DNA of 64,000 nucleotides, taken from Bacilli bacterium. GTDB lineage: Bacteria > Bacillota > Bacilli > Paenibacillales > KCTC-25726. Positions 28,501 through 37,573 of this stretch are shown in pieces. Numbering within the stretch: position 1 is the stretch's first letter; every line of letters begins with the position of its first letter. The DNA is taken from contig DASVDB010000108.1 in NCBI GenBank assembly GCA_036381315.1, positions 22,104 through 86,103 on the forward strand, in the 5' to 3' direction. Both the position numbers and the translations under genes were made by a program. The notes beneath the pieces are model-generated. The model ran no database searches and was not told the DNA's origin. It saw only the letters and a list, made by a program, of their open reading frames with translations.

Positions 28501-31170
28501 CGGATGGAGCCGCCCGCTGCCCCGGTAGCTCCGCAGGTAGAAATTTTATCGCGGGATAAATCGGCGGAAACCGCATATGATTTCATGGCCAAAACGAATG
28601 TAAACGGAACCGCGACGTTAAAGTTGGGCCAAAGCGTTCTTGCGCAGAATGTAGCCGTGCAAGCGGGACAAGTGCTGTCCATTCCGACGACATTGGCGGC
28701 GCAAACGACAAACAATTTCAGTTTGACATTTATTCCGGATGACACGCAGTATTTGACGAGCTATGACAAACAGATCATCAACTTTTCCGTAAATATGAAA
28801 ACATACCAGGAAGGCAAAGCCATTTATGTCGCCCCGACGGGAACAAGCCTGGGGACGGGAAGCATGGATGATCCGTTGGATCTCGATACCGCGATCGCTT
28901 TTGTTTCCGCCGGTCAGACCATTATCGTGCAGGACGGAATCTATTCGCGCGATACAAGTCTCATCATCGACAAATTTAACGACGGCACGGCTCTTGCGAT
29001 GAAATCGCTTGTTGCCGCGCCCGGCGCGTCACCGGTTATCGATTTCAACAAGAAATCCGAAGGCGTTGTGCACAGCGGGAATTACTGGCATGTGAAAGGT
29101 ATCGCGTTTACCCATTCCGCACCCAACACCAAAGGATACACGATTGGCGGAAGCCATAATATTATCGAGCAATGCAAATTTTACGAAAACGGCGATACCG
29201 GCTTGCAAATCAGCCGCACGGACATAACGGAAAATGATAAGGCAAAATGGCCGTCCTATAACTTGATTTTAAACAGTGAATCGTTCGATAATATGGATCC
29301 GTCGCAAAATAACGCCGACGGTTTTGCCGCCAAGCTTACTTCAGGCGAAGGCAACGTATTCAGAGGCGATATTTCCCACAACAATATAGACGACGGTTGG
29401 GATCTGTATACAAAAGCCGGTTCGGGCGCGATCGGAGCGGTGCTGATCGAAGATTGCATCGCCTATCATAACGGCACTTTATCGGACGGGACGGTTGGGA
29501 AAGGCGATAAGAACGGGTTTAAGCTGGGCGGCGAAGGAATTTATGTCTCGCATATAATCCGCAATAGCCTGGCCTTTGGCAACGGGGCTGCCGGCTTTAC
29601 CAGCAACAGCAATCCGGGTGTGATTGCCGAGAATAATATTTCCTTCAATAATGGCGGAAGCAATTTGAGCTTCACGACATATACGAATATTCCCGAGGAT
29701 TTTACGATTAACGGCTTTGTTTCCTACAGGACGGAAGGTACGGCGAAAGACAATTTCCCGTCGCGATTGAAAGCAAACAATAATTACTTTTTTGACGGTG
29801 CCAAATCGGTAAATCTGTCGGGTATAACCCTGACGGATAACAACTTCGCCAGTTTGACACCCGCGTTGCCTTATCAACGGGATGAGAATGGCGATATTAT
29901 CCGTGGCGATTTCCTGAGATTTCTTGCGCCGACGCCCGCGTCCTCGTCCGATTCATCGAGTGTCTCCCCATCGCAAACGGCAACAACCGATTTGACGGGG
30001 AATGAAGACGGCAGCGTTACGCTTAAAGCTCCGGTCAAAGTTGACAATGGCACAGCCACCGTTACGATTGACGGCGATACGGTGAAATATGCCGTTTCGC
30101 AAGCAGTAGCGGATGAGCGCGGGCAAAAGATCATCCGCATCGATTTCACGCAAAGCGAAGCGAACACCGCCAAGACTTTAGCCGTAAATCTTCCTGCCGA
30201 GGCATTTGCCCAGGAAGCGACATTCTTTGAAATCAAAACAAATGCGGCTACGGTGCTGCTACCGGCCAATATGTTTACCGGTACCGGGATGGAAATCAAG
30301 GACAATGTTCAATTGTCGATAAATTCCAGCATGCCGGACGGAGAGTTGCGGGAAAAATTGGGCGACCAGCCCATATACGATTTTTCGATTGCGGTTGACG
30401 GCAAAGAAGCTGCATGGAATAATCCCGATGCGGCGGTAAAAGTAGCTATCCCCTATTCGTTATCCGCCGATGAAACCGATGCGGAATTCGTCGTGGTTTG
30501 GTACATTGATCCGGAAGGAAATATAATGCCGGTTACGAACGGACATTACGATGCCGATTCCGGCGAAGTTGTCTTTACCACCAGCCATTTCAGCCGATAT
30601 GTCGTGACCTATCTTCACAAAACATTCGCGGATGTGGCCTCCTCTCACTGGGCCAAGCATGCAATCGATGTCCTGGCTTCGAAAGGAGTGTTAAATGGTG
30701 TTTCGGCGGATTCGTTTATGCCGGACCGCCCGGTTTCCCGCGCCGATTTCACAATCATGCTGGTGAAGGCGCTTGGGCTTACCGCCAATGTGGATACAAA
30801 CTTTGCGGATGTGAAGCCGTCCGATTATTATTACAGGGAAGTCGGGATTGCGCGAAAGCTCGGAATTGTGCAGGGATTCGGGAACGGCGCATTTTTGCCA
30901 AAGCAAAATATTTCCCGTGAGGAAATGTTCGTGATGATCGCAAACGCGTTGTCGTTCACCAATATGCACGAACATAGCGGACAAATTGACACTTCCGTGC
31001 TTGCCGCGTTTAAGGATTCCGGCCGAATTTCCCCGTATGCGAAAAATAGCATTGCATCGTTGGTGCAACTGGGAATTGTGTCGGGCGACGGGTCTATGCT
31101 CAAACCAAACGGCCGTTCCACCCGGGCCGAAGCGGCCATGGTGATATACAAATTGATCAATCTGCATTAA
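25540..31170 (+). CDS. giant SLH-anchored PL9-like polysaccharide lyase. Domains: 3 jelly-roll (ConA/LamG-like) modules, ~4 Big_3-like Ig repeats, right-handed beta-helix, 3 SLH
   Basis: Start set to GTG 25540 (AGGAAAGGAG 8 nt upstream; signal peptide RNNKRLIAFFVSLLLVFSLVPVSAFA). Ig-like repeats: YLVGESLDLNGLVAKAKYADGSEEYLLSNEYAVTGFDSSSAGTNTITLYFNGKTATIDLQI and 3 more. Beta-helix region: IYVAPTGTSLGTGSMDDPLDLDTAI, NADGFAAKL, NNIDDGWDLY, GDKNGFKLGGEG. C-terminal SLH domains: FADVASSHWAKHAIDVLASKGVLNG and following copies. Confidence 0.7.
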   Translation: MRNNKRLIAFFVSLLLVFSLVPVSAFAADETAGMINIASDWQGSVFGDVGGQDKINAENFSIVESAANGFVTISSRNDRGKIASGSEGIAYYYKQISPSANFQLSATAHVDAWKANNQVSFGIMLRSNVLQNESASFTGDYVAVGALDQVMKGFTKADGKQVKTGFEFSSASIPGKDEQYSLSIKKSGNLYLIRVGDETKVIESDSALAYVGLFTARNTTVTYSDVKLTMEPEVPLGSWQFSAFGSNTGRSGATPKNPDPVVNDDGSVTIAANGGKISSSVDGISFYYKEIPATVSFEVYGKATVNYFGANNQVSFGLMLRDEVGIDGDTSGHTANYVGVGGLDQIIEGFYKNGSQTKLPILDAAVPAAGETYDFSIKKIGDAYIYTVNGISNTIVQDDIFSGSIFAGIYVARDAEVTFSDFGIRTDARAPSVLNLDTSGMKTVYLVGESLDLNGLVAKAKYADGSEEYLLSNEYAVTGFDSSSAGTNTITLYFNGKTATIDLQILPLTVTNMAIKYYPAKTDYYLGDVFDPQGLVVVADYNTGVSAELTADKYAISIADATVTGATYTFDSPGAKTVRINSLETPGMSAAFEVTVRNAAISGLEIRQMPAKTQYFIGDRLDLAGMVVYAQYSDGSETRLLRGEYAVSPLDSASAGDKEVTVSYKGLTATFHVNVKVKKAVRIEVTQYPKTTYTIGEGFNSLGLIVSKVFDNQDKETLAAGTDYSIDTSAFDRTAPGVYDIVIKPADQTLSPITLPVTVREKAEYEWKWTRFGQSTSKSKNTFEDLGSGVYRLTALEGGGKITGDHDGITFYYTVLDAVKDNFTLSADIKVIEYAKSPQDGQESFGIMARDAIGVDGDSSIFASNIAAVGGYSGGTTADNGTQLFVRTGVTTPDGAGSQGIQKIMLKNERPAPNNTYPNAEYRLTLAKTNSGFIGRLNDGLMQLIFTPEIMNVQDGKMYVGFYTARLATIEVSNIDFSVTAAETDAPRMEPPAAPVAPQVEILSRDKSAETAYDFMAKTNVNGTATLKLGQSVLAQNVAVQAGQVLSIPTTLAAQTTNNFSLTFIPDDTQYLTSYDKQIINFSVNMKTYQEGKAIYVAPTGTSLGTGSMDDPLDLDTAIAFVSAGQTIIVQDGIYSRDTSLIIDKFNDGTALAMKSLVAAPGASPVIDFNKKSEGVVHSGNYWHVKGIAFTHSAPNTKGYTIGGSHNIIEQCKFYENGDTGLQISRTDITENDKAKWPSYNLILNSESFDNMDPSQNNADGFAAKLTSGEGNVFRGDISHNNIDDGWDLYTKAGSGAIGAVLIEDCIAYHNGTLSDGTVGKGDKNGFKLGGEGIYVSHIIRNSLAFGNGAAGFTSNSNPGVIAENNISFNNGGSNLSFTTYTNIPEDFTINGFVSYRTEGTAKDNFPSRLKANNNYFFDGAKSVNLSGITLTDNNFASLTPALPYQRDENGDIIRGDFLRFLAPTPASSSDSSSVSPSQTATTDLTGNEDGSVTLKAPVKVDNGTATVTIDGDTVKYAVSQAVADERGQKIIRIDFTQSEANTAKTLAVNLPAEAFAQEATFFEIKTNAATVLLPANMFTGTGMEIKDNVQLSINSSMPDGELREKLGDQPIYDFSIAVDGKEAAWNNPDAAVKVAIPYSLSADETDAEFVVVWYIDPEGNIMPVTNGHYDADSGEVVFTTSHFSRYVVTYLHKTFADVASSHWAKHAIDVLASKGVLNGVSADSFMPDRPVSRADFTIMLVKALGLTANVDTNFADVKPSDYYYREVGIARKLGIVQGFGNGAFLPKQNISREEMFVMIANALSFTNMHEHSGQIDTSVLAAFKDSGRISPYAKNSIASLVQLGIVSGDGSMLKPNGRSTRAEAAMVIYKLINLH

Positions 31171-31204
31171 AAATTGCTTGCATTAAAGGCGAATTCAAGA
31201 ATAC

Positions 31205-31249
31205 AAAAAAAGATTGCGCATTTTGTAGAAAAATGTGCAATCTTTTTTT
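31205..31249. terminator. bidirectional Rho-independent terminator shared by the PL9-like gene (+) and the 62-aa ORF (-)
   Basis: Arms agattgcgcattt / aaatgtgcaatct (13 bp, one G-U pair) with a 7-nt loop. Flanked by A6 on the left and T6 on the right. Confidence 0.75.
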
Positions 31250-31274
31250 GCGTCTGGTAAAATTAAGTAAGAGA

Positions 31275-31463
31275 TTACGACCACCAGGCTTTAACTTGAA
31301 CCGGTTTTTCAGGTTCGTTTTGCGAAAATACTTTTAACATTGCTTTACTTTCTTCCTTGCTTAAATCCGCCGCATTGAAAAGGTTTACAATCGGGGTTTT
31401 GCGATCACTTTTGAGGTTTCTTACATGAAATTGCAAGCTGGGAGAAAACTCAACGAATTGCAT
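31275..31463 (-). CDS. small protein of unknown function (62 aa, ends ...KAWWS); candidate secreted-peptide precursor
   Basis: Near-perfect RBS on the minus strand (AAGGAGGAG, 5-nt spacer, ATG), and its own terminator about 25 nt past the stop. No TM segment or signal peptide. Sequence: MQFVEFSPSLQFHVRNLKSDRKTPIVNLFNAADLSKEESKAMLKVFSQNEPEKPVQVKAWWS. Confidence 0.65.
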   Translation of the reverse strand: MQFVEFSPSLQFHVRNLKSDRKTPIVNLFNAADLSKEESKAMLKVFSQNEPEKPVQVKAWWS

Positions 31464-31540
31464 TTAAACTCCTCCTTACATATATGTATCTATTCAAACG
31501 CTATTATACCAAATAATTGTAAAAAAGCGGAGTGAAATTT

Positions 31541-33850
31541 GTGCATAAAAAAGTTTTTATGGGTTTGATTTTAGTATTATTGCTTGCCGCCCAAATCTGG
31601 TTTGCCTATATTACAATGCAACACCCTTATCTAGGGATTAATTTAAGCAAAAATGCCGATGAGTGGACGGTTTCCAGCCTGGATAAAAGTACGGATGGGC
31701 TCGTCAAACTGGAAGTCGGTGACCAAATTTTAAAAATTGATGGCGTAAATCCGGACGATTATTTCAGCGCGAAATATTGGCGGACAATCGAACAGGCTGA
31801 TTCAATCAAAATAATGCGAAATGGCACTCCGCTGATAGTCGATGTTGGAGACGTTCAAAACAGTTTTTCCGTTGGGACGCTTCCGTTGTTGGCAGAAGCC
31901 GTATCCTTGTTAATGGCTGTCCTGTTGTATTTTAAACTTGGCCGCACACCTTCGGCACGATTTCTGGCGCTGGTTTTTTTTATAATCGGTTTGGCGTTTA
32001 TGAGTCTGGGCGCTTCGGCGCGGGGCGATGCGTTGGGAAAATATTTGATCATTAATGCGGTTTTGCTCACTCCGATTGTATTTTTGCATTTTTTGCTCGT
32101 CCTGCTTAGCGAAAAAGGAAACATATCACTGAATGTGCGCTATATGAAATATCTGTATGGCCTTTCATTTGCGCATATGGTTCTATTTCTGGGGCTCTTT
32201 TTGCCTGCATTCGCTTATTATATCAATAAATACAATACGATCATTTCTCTTCCGTATTTTGTGTTTGGCATCGTGATCAATTTTTTTGTGCTGATTTATT
32301 TGTACCGAAAACACCGACGGAATATTTTGTATTTGTCAACGATTATCAAAACGATATGGGTATCGTTGGTGATTTCGTTCTCGCCCGTCATCATTCTGTC
32401 ATTTTTGCCGCAAATTATTTTTGGCCAAGAATGGATCGGTTCCATATATACCGCCTGGTTCATCCTGTTTCTGCCGCTTTCGTTTACTTATCTGATCGCA
32501 ACGGAGCGGTTGTACGACATTCCCAATGTCGTCCGCCGCATCCTGTTTACCGCCTTGATGGCCGTCATTCCGAGCGGAATTATCGTTGCCGCATCCGTAT
32601 TTTTATTCACGCCGCAAGCCGATATGGAGCGGCTGGCCATTCAGTTTATTCTGATCGAGGCGCTGATTACGTTTATTTTGTATTCGCTTGAATACATTAC
32701 AACCAAATTGAACAAGTTTATGTTCCCGCACAAGTACTATTTGCAACAAGCGCTAGGAAAAATCGCCCGTGATCTGGCTACGATTTCCAGTCTGCGTGAA
32801 ATTAAGGAGATTGTCCTCGTTGACATCATGAAAACGCTGCAGGTTTATGGTGTGGCGATCGTGTTTAAATTCACGGAAGAACTGGAGACGATCAGCATCG
32901 GGGAAATCGATCTTTGCAAAGTGGAACGGCATATTGCCGATGGACGCTTGAACTGTGACGAATGCACCATTTTTCCCATCAACCGTCACGAGGAATACAG
33001 CAGTTTCCTGGTCGTGACGAAAAAGAAAGCAAATACGATGCTTGTGCTGGAAGAGCACGAATGGCTGAATCTGATCATTACCTATCTGTCGGTCAGTCTG
33101 GAAAACATCTATCTCATCCGCAAGCTGACGACAAAATTGCATGAGTTTGCCGCGCAGGCGCTTGATGAGCAAACCGCGAGCGAATTTTTATGGTTCCGCA
33201 AATCGTTATTCGAACTGTTGGAAAGGGAGCGGCAGCGGATTGCCAATGATTTGCATGACACGACGATGCAGGATTTATTGTATTTGAAGCGCAAGCTTGC
33301 CGCCTTGATGAATAAAATGCAGATTACACAGGAAGAGCGCGCCCAATTGAACAGTTTGATCGAATACATTGAGGCCATCAACTCCAACTTGCGGCAAAGC
33401 TGTTTTGAGTTGTTTCCGCATTTGCTGCGGGCAACCGGCCTGGTGGATACGATCGAGAAAACGTTGGATATCGAAAATGTTTCAGTACCGTTTCAGATTT
33501 ATTTTCGTCCGGTTAACGTCAAAGAGATTGAACGGCTTGACATGGAGCAAAAACGCCATTTGTTCCGCATTGTGCAAGAGCTGATCAATAATGCGAAGAA
33601 GCATTCCAACGCGACGGAAGTGGCGATTGAACTGGCCGCAAAAGACGGAATGGTTACGCTTTCGTATCGCGACGACGGAATCGGCTTCGATTATATACCC
33701 GAACCGGTGCTTGGCAAATCGGGAGTCGGCATGCTGCAGTTGAAAAGCCGTGTCCTGGACCTGAACGGTCAGCTGGATATCAAGTCAAACAAAGGCGGCG
33801 GGTTAAAAGTGCGGGTCGCATTCCCGCTGAACGCGACCCGGTCGGCGTAA
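31541..33850 (+). CDS. multi-TM sensor histidine kinase, HisKA_3 (NarL-partner) class, ComP-like architecture
   Basis: Start preferred at GTG 31541 (GCGGAG 7 nt upstream); the alternative GTG at 31532 abuts the RBS. Layout: TM1, then an extracytoplasmic PDZ-like loop (LEVGDQILKIDGVNPDD), then roughly 8-9 further TM helices, then a cytoplasmic linker. HisKA_3 H-box ERERQRIANDLHDTTMQDL and HATPase motifs (NNAKKHSNAT, DDGIGF, GVGMLQLKSR). Confidence 0.8.
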   Translation: MHKKVFMGLILVLLLAAQIWFAYITMQHPYLGINLSKNADEWTVSSLDKSTDGLVKLEVGDQILKIDGVNPDDYFSAKYWRTIEQADSIKIMRNGTPLIVDVGDVQNSFSVGTLPLLAEAVSLLMAVLLYFKLGRTPSARFLALVFFIIGLAFMSLGASARGDALGKYLIINAVLLTPIVFLHFLLVLLSEKGNISLNVRYMKYLYGLSFAHMVLFLGLFLPAFAYYINKYNTIISLPYFVFGIVINFFVLIYLYRKHRRNILYLSTIIKTIWVSLVISFSPVIILSFLPQIIFGQEWIGSIYTAWFILFLPLSFTYLIATERLYDIPNVVRRILFTALMAVIPSGIIVAASVFLFTPQADMERLAIQFILIEALITFILYSLEYITTKLNKFMFPHKYYLQQALGKIARDLATISSLREIKEIVLVDIMKTLQVYGVAIVFKFTEELETISIGEIDLCKVERHIADGRLNCDECTIFPINRHEEYSSFLVVTKKKANTMLVLEEHEWLNLIITYLSVSLENIYLIRKLTTKLHEFAAQALDEQTASEFLWFRKSLFELLERERQRIANDLHDTTMQDLLYLKRKLAALMNKMQITQEERAQLNSLIEYIEAINSNLRQSCFELFPHLLRATGLVDTIEKTLDIENVSVPFQIYFRPVNVKEIERLDMEQKRHLFRIVQELINNAKKHSNATEVAIELAAKDGMVTLSYRDDGIGFDYIPEPVLGKSGVGMLQLKSRVLDLNGQLDIKSNKGGGLKVRVAFPLNATRSA

Positions 33851-33871
33851 AAAGAAACGATTGGTTTATGG

Positions 33872-35494
33872 TCATGGGGAACCTTCCGAGCGGCCATGCA
33901 GGCTTTGGTACTCGCCTGGCGGTATGCCGAAATGCTGTTTGAACACATAGGAAAAATGCTTGACACTAACGTATCCAACCTGCTCGGAAACGTCGTATAC
34001 CTTAATTCCGGGCTTCATGCGAAACAGTCTGGCCGCTTGCTCCATCCGCACCCGGGATAGGAATTTGATATACGATTCGTTTGTCTCCTGATGAAAAATG
34101 CTGCTCAAATATCCCGACGATACGCCTATTTTCTCGGCAATCAAGGCGAGGCTGAGCGGCTCGGCATAATGAGCGTTGATATACTCCTTCGCCCGGCTGA
34201 CCACATCATGTTCGCCCTTCTCTTCAGGTTCAGCCGGAGCATAAATATGTGCGATGTTCGTGAACAACTTAACCACCGCCTCTTTTGCTAAAGGCGTTTC
34301 ATCCGATGTGGGGAGTTCCCGCAGCAACTTCATCGCCGATTCTTTGCGTTCCCCCGCATCTCCCGGCGACAGTAATCCAAGTCGACGGATCAGATGAACG
34401 CCGTATCGTCGCAAGGAAGCTGGCCGAAAATCCGGGAACAGGCCGATATATTCCTTGACCAGCATGGCGATAGCGGCAACCCCGGCGTTTGGCAGTTCCG
34501 CCCGCAAAGCCTGTATCGTTTGTTCCCACTTGTTGATGATACCGTTGTCCACATATGGTTTATCAAGGTAGACATAGAGTGTCCCACCACTGTGAACGAC
34601 CCGGGAAAACAACAATTTCCGCGCCTCCAGGCCGGAAGCCCCGAGCTGAAGCACCTCGTATTTCGGCGTTCCGATCGCCCCCGAAACCGTAAGCCCGGTA
34701 TGTTTGGCCATCGCGGAAGCAATATCGGCATAAAGCCGCCTCCCGGCAGCCACTAATTCCGCTTCATCGTCTCCGCTAAGCAGAATGTTCGTATTCTGCT
34801 CTTCGTCGAGAAAAACTCTCCCCCGCCCACTGCCGTCAGCCAGTTCCTCGGCAATCTGATTCAGAATAAATTGAAACAGTGCGATGTCGCTCGCCGGGAC
34901 GGACGGCTTGGTCAGTATCGATTCTTCATCCAGTGAGAGCACCATAATCATGCCAAGCGATTCAATCAGACTGATCTTGAACTTGTAAAGCAGCGGATAT
35001 AGCGCTTTAACTTCCACATGGCTGTCTGTCACGATCGCTTTCAGCAATTGCCGAACCGCCATGCGCCGGGAAGCTTCCGACATATTCCGCATGGCGCGAA
35101 AAGCTAGCTCCTGGTCTTTTTCCTGTTCGATTTCCTCCCCGATGCGCCGAACCGTATCGTACAGTTCGTCCGACTGGATGGGCTTCAGCAAATAATCTTT
35201 CACGCCGTAGCGTATCGCTTCCTTGGCCAACGAAAATTCATCATAGCCGGAAAGAATAATCATTTTTTGTTTTTTCCCGTTCTCGATGACCCAGCGGCAT
35301 AAAGCCAAACCGTTCATCACCGGCATTTTGATATCGGTGATGATCAGATCAACTTCTTCATTCATCAGAAAATCCGCCGCTTCCTGCCCGTCCATGGCTT
35401 CGCCGACAACTTGCCATGCGGCATCATGCTTGGGCAGCTGCTCCCGCAAAAAAGCTCTTGTCAGCGGCTCATCGTCTACCACCAAGATCCTCAT
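33872..35494 (-). CDS. response regulator with AraC-type output domain (YesN-like)
   Basis: Receiver domain: MRILVVDDEPLTRAFL ... DLIITDIKMPVMNG. C-terminal AraC HTH pair: LSLALIAEKIGVSSGYLSSIFHQ ... VSEQVGYVSVKHFSYVFKQHFGIPPGEYQ. Confidence 0.9.
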   Translation of the reverse strand: MRILVVDDEPLTRAFLREQLPKHDAAWQVVGEAMDGQEAADFLMNEEVDLIITDIKMPVMNGLALCRWVIENGKKQKMIILSGYDEFSLAKEAIRYGVKDYLLKPIQSDELYDTVRRIGEEIEQEKDQELAFRAMRNMSEASRRMAVRQLLKAIVTDSHVEVKALYPLLYKFKISLIESLGMIMVLSLDEESILTKPSVPASDIALFQFILNQIAEELADGSGRGRVFLDEEQNTNILLSGDDEAELVAAGRRLYADIASAMAKHTGLTVSGAIGTPKYEVLQLGASGLEARKLLFSRVVHSGGTLYVYLDKPYVDNGIINKWEQTIQALRAELPNAGVAAIAMLVKEYIGLFPDFRPASLRRYGVHLIRRLGLLSPGDAGERKESAMKLLRELPTSDETPLAKEAVVKLFTNIAHIYAPAEPEEKGEHDVVSRAKEYINAHYAEPLSLALIAEKIGVSSGYLSSIFHQETNESYIKFLSRVRMEQAARLFRMKPGIKVYDVSEQVGYVSVKHFSYVFKQHFGIPPGEYQSLHGRSEGSP

Positions 35495-37350
35495 AGATGA
35501 TCCTCCTTTTTCCCCGTTTGTCTCTTGCCGTCTGGAAGCGGCAGCCGAATGGTTACCGTGGTGCCGGCTCCCGGTTCGCTTTCGATCTTGAGCCCGTATC
35601 GCTCGCCGTAACGAAGCCTGATCCGCTGGTGAACGTTGATAAGGCCGACGCCCATTCCCGAGAAGCGCTTTTGCAAATCCGCTGACCCGTTTGCGATTCC
35701 GGCTGGGGAATCGAGGGGCTCGGCGATTTTCTGCCGGAGATTGCGTAGTGTTTCCGCGTTCATACCGCCACCGTCATCACTGATTTGGAACATTAAATCG
35801 TTGTGATCAACCAGGCTCGCAATGCGAATCGTCGTTTTTTCCCGTTTCGCCTCGCATCCGTGTATCACGGCATTTTCTACAATCGGTTGAAACAGTAAAG
35901 GTGGAATCGGCATGTCGTACCATTGCTCATCGATGTCGATCAGGCAAGCCAATCTTCCTTCATAACGGCTGCTTTGGATGCTTATGTAATTCGTCAAAAG
36001 CCCGATTTCCTGGCGAAGCGTCACTTCCCGATCCCAGGTCGTAATACTGCGCAAAATGCTGCTCAGCTTATGGATGTGATCGATGGCTTGCTCCTGTTTG
36101 CCGGATTGCATCAACAGGCTGATCATATTGAGCGTGTTGAAAATAAAATGCGGCCGGATTTGGTTGTGCAGAGCCTTGAACTGCGCCTCCTGCTGCAGCA
36201 GACGGGCTTCGTACACTTCCTTGATCAGGCTCGTATTCCGTTCCAACATATCACTTACTTTGATGACGAGTCCATTAAAAGAAGAACCCAGATAGCCGAT
36301 TTCGTCACTTCTTCGTTCTGTGAAGCGGACCGACAGATTGCCGTGATTGATTTCCTTCATCAATCGGACGATTGCAAACAGCGGCTTCAGGAAATTGCGA
36401 ATAAATATCGACAGCACTAGGATGGCGAACAGAGAGCATACTAGCGCGATAACCAGCGTAATGTTGCGCGTCAGCCGCGATTTCTGATTTAATTCGTCCA
36501 AAGAATTGACGGCAACGAGCTTCCAGCCAACCCGGGGGATCGACACGGAATTGAGCAGATATCCTTTGCCGGCAATGGTCGTTTGGCCGCCGTTCGAAAT
36601 CGAGGCGCCGGCAGCGGCCAGGAACGGCTCTATCTGAGTGCCCTTAAGACTGGAATAGATGGTGCTATTCCGATCATCGGTCAGCAACAAACCGCCCTCT
36701 TTGCCCATATCGATCTTGTTCAAAATTTCTTCAATGCCGCGATAGTTGGCGTCAACCTTAATCACACCGAGAATCCGCTCCGTATTGCGCGTACTGCGAA
36801 GCTGAAGGGCTAACGAAAAAATGGGAAGCTTGCCTCCTGTCCCAACCCGCTGAAGCCTGGCGGGAATAAAAACCGGGTCGCGCGATGAGAGCGCCTTGCG
36901 GTACCAGTCGGTTTCCTTGTATTCGGTCTGGGTGTAATCGAACGTTGAAATGCGGCTGATCGAATAGATTTCATTGGTAAAAATGTTCACCTGAAGAATA
37001 TCGTTGCGCGGGAGTATCATCATTTCGTCAAGAAAATTCTCTATGGTCCACCGCTGTTCCAGTTGTTCGGCTTCCGAAGGCAGCTTCTCTTCTTCAAGGG
37101 CGCGCATGACGGCATCGTTACGATAGGGGGATTTGGCAAGGCGAATCAAATCATCCAAATAATTGTCAATATTAAGCGATGCCTGTTCGATAATTTGCTG
37201 AACATGATCGCTCGATTCCGCCTCGAAATTGCGGGTGTACTGGGTGTAGGAGAGAATGGATTCCAAAAACAACAAACTCGAAATAATCAAAGCAGTTATG
37301 AGCAGAAGTTTGGTCTTGATATGCCAATCCCGATATCTTTTCAGTTTCAT
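35491..37350 (-). CDS. sensor histidine kinase, YesM/LytS-type (two TM, extracytoplasmic Cache-like domain, HAMP, His_kinase, HATPase)
   Basis: H-box region FKALHNQIRPHFIFNTLNMIS and ATPase region GMGVGLINVHQRIRLRYGERYGL. Overlaps the regulator gene by 4 nt (translational coupling). Confidence 0.9.
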   Translation of the reverse strand: MKLKRYRDWHIKTKLLLITALIISSLLFLESILSYTQYTRNFEAESSDHVQQIIEQASLNIDNYLDDLIRLAKSPYRNDAVMRALEEEKLPSEAEQLEQRWTIENFLDEMMILPRNDILQVNIFTNEIYSISRISTFDYTQTEYKETDWYRKALSSRDPVFIPARLQRVGTGGKLPIFSLALQLRSTRNTERILGVIKVDANYRGIEEILNKIDMGKEGGLLLTDDRNSTIYSSLKGTQIEPFLAAAGASISNGGQTTIAGKGYLLNSVSIPRVGWKLVAVNSLDELNQKSRLTRNITLVIALVCSLFAILVLSIFIRNFLKPLFAIVRLMKEINHGNLSVRFTERRSDEIGYLGSSFNGLVIKVSDMLERNTSLIKEVYEARLLQQEAQFKALHNQIRPHFIFNTLNMISLLMQSGKQEQAIDHIHKLSSILRSITTWDREVTLRQEIGLLTNYISIQSSRYEGRLACLIDIDEQWYDMPIPPLLFQPIVENAVIHGCEAKREKTTIRIASLVDHNDLMFQISDDGGGMNAETLRNLRQKIAEPLDSPAGIANGSADLQKRFSGMGVGLINVHQRIRLRYGERYGLKIESEPGAGTTVTIRLPLPDGKRQTGKKEDHL

Positions 37351-37573
37351 GGAGCGAGCCCCTTCCCCAGTGCGTTATTGCGACATTGCCTCTTAGCAAT
37401 CAATGATAGAATAGAGGAAAGCAGGCCGCAATGCCTAATAAAGCAAACAGAGGATATTCTGAAAAAATCATACCTCCATCCGAAAAATACGGTATTCCTT
37501 GATGAGAGCGGGGTCAAGTAAGATAAAAACGTCTAAGCAGTATCCATAAATCATTTAGAGGGGATGAGCGAAT

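Noticed and set aside
31275-31463. Treating the 62-aa ORF as a toxin-antitoxin component, a Spo0E-like phosphatase or a bacteriocin
   Set aside because: It has no partner ORF, no SQELD-type Spo0E motif, no double-glycine or lantibiotic-type leader, and no nearby modification, immunity or export genes. Only the ComX-like reading has any contextual support, and that remains speculative.
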